DNA of 64,000 nucleotides from Acidimicrobiales bacterium (GTDB lineage Bacteria; Actinomycetota; Acidimicrobiia; Acidimicrobiales; Poriferisodalaceae), in contig OZ220497.1 of assembly GCA_965116245.1 (NCBI GenBank), positions 870,939 through 934,938 of the forward strand, written 5' to 3'. Shown in pieces: positions 63,584 to 64,000 of this stretch. How positions within the stretch are numbered: the first letter of the stretch is position 1; every line of letters starts with the position of its first letter. A model generated the notes under the pieces. It saw only the letters and a program-made list of their open reading frames with translations, was not told the DNA's origin and did not search any database. Made by a program: the position numbers and the translations under genes.

Positions 63584-64000
63584 GCCAGTACCTTTGCCGA
63601 GTCGTCCGCTTCTGAAGACCTACTTGCTGAAGATCCAGTTTCTGAAGATCCAGATTCAGAAGACTCAGAAGTCAGCAGGGGTGTTCCCGAGGAAAGCATG
63701 GCCAGGGAATCGGCTACGCCTATCGGCGGTGGCGACGGCAATAGCCATTCTGGTGTCAGAGCACCCCACGGATCCGCGTCGGTTTGAGCGCCCCTGCGCC
63801 GCACCACACCAACCACCAAATTCGCCACCATGACCGCCATGCCTGCCAGCACCAACACGACGCCTATAGCGGAGACGATTGACAACCCCTCAGCAACCGA
63901 TGCTCCAGTTGAATCAACCTCGCTGACATAGCGAGTGGTGAGCAATGGTTCGACGTAAACGAACTGGGGCTGCTCGGTCAGCATGCCCGACAGTGTGGAC
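63580..64000 (-). CDS. C-terminal part of a second subunit I-like protein (5' end beyond the window)
   Basis: The frame stays open to position 64000. DADPWGALTPEWLLPSPPP parallels ctaD DADPWDGRTLEWAIPSPTP. Ser/Glu-rich repeat tail. Confidence 0.6.
   Translation of the reverse strand, partial: STLSGMLTEQPQFVYVEPLLTTRYVSEVDSTGASVAEGLSIVSAIGVVLVLAGMAVMVANLVVGVVRRRGAQTDADPWGALTPEWLLPSPPPIGVADSLAMLSSGTPLLTSESSESGSSETGSSASRSSEADDSAKVLA
63608..63670. repeat. in-frame tandem 15-nt units, about 4 copies (gtttctgaagatcca)
   Basis: Encodes SESSESGSSETGSSASRSSE. Confidence 0.85.

Overview
This is a 64-kb chromosomal segment from a high-GC Actinomycetota genome. Lineage is unverified. The mshA / proC / hemA-C-D / hemL / tlpA-ccdA neighbourhood resembles the one I recall from mycobacteria, while the caa3-type oxidase layout suggests a different order, possibly Acidimicrobiia.

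The window has three parts.

(i) 1-14.9 kb is a housekeeping flank. It holds a ferredoxin and a small membrane protein, a cytochrome c, a geranylgeranyl-reductase-like gene, hemL-hemD-hemC-hemA, a DUF62 SAM hydrolase-like gene, proC, a YbjN-like gene, mshA, a moaD-like gene and a histidine phosphatase.

(ii) About 14.9-46.1 kb is an accessory-looking island with no mobility genes. It encodes 2 cytochrome P450s, 2 paralogous FAD oxidoreductases, SCP2, an LLM monooxygenase, a Zn-ADH, a VOC protein, a crotonase, 2 family-III CoA-transferases (one alpha-methylacyl-CoA-racemase-like), an acyl-CoA synthetase and a TetR regulator. It also has up to 3 AveC-like membrane proteins, a LivFGHM-type ABC importer and three PEP-utiliser swivel-histidine proteins.

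(iii) 46.2-64 kb is a second housekeeping flank. It holds tRNA-Lys(UUU), dut, an RCK K+ channel, orn, an MBL hydrolase, a WhiB7-type regulator with a ~600-nt leader, tlpA/ccdA, serS, an NCS2 permease and a 7-gene haem-copper oxidase operon.

The most interesting observations are:
- A split phosphotransferase set (rifampicin-phosphotransferase-like or phenylphosphate-synthase-like) wired into P450/CoA chemistry.
- An AT-rich box that recurs in nearly every promoter region of the island.
- A dense population of ~15-nt tandem micro-duplications, in-frame inside genes. By eye it is confined to the two flanks and almost absent from the island.
- Two gene stubs (SDR, ALDH).
- An unusual oxidase subunit architecture.

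No CRISPR array, transposase, integrase, prophage or recognisable defence system was seen. All functional calls come from motif and family recognition by eye. No database search was run.
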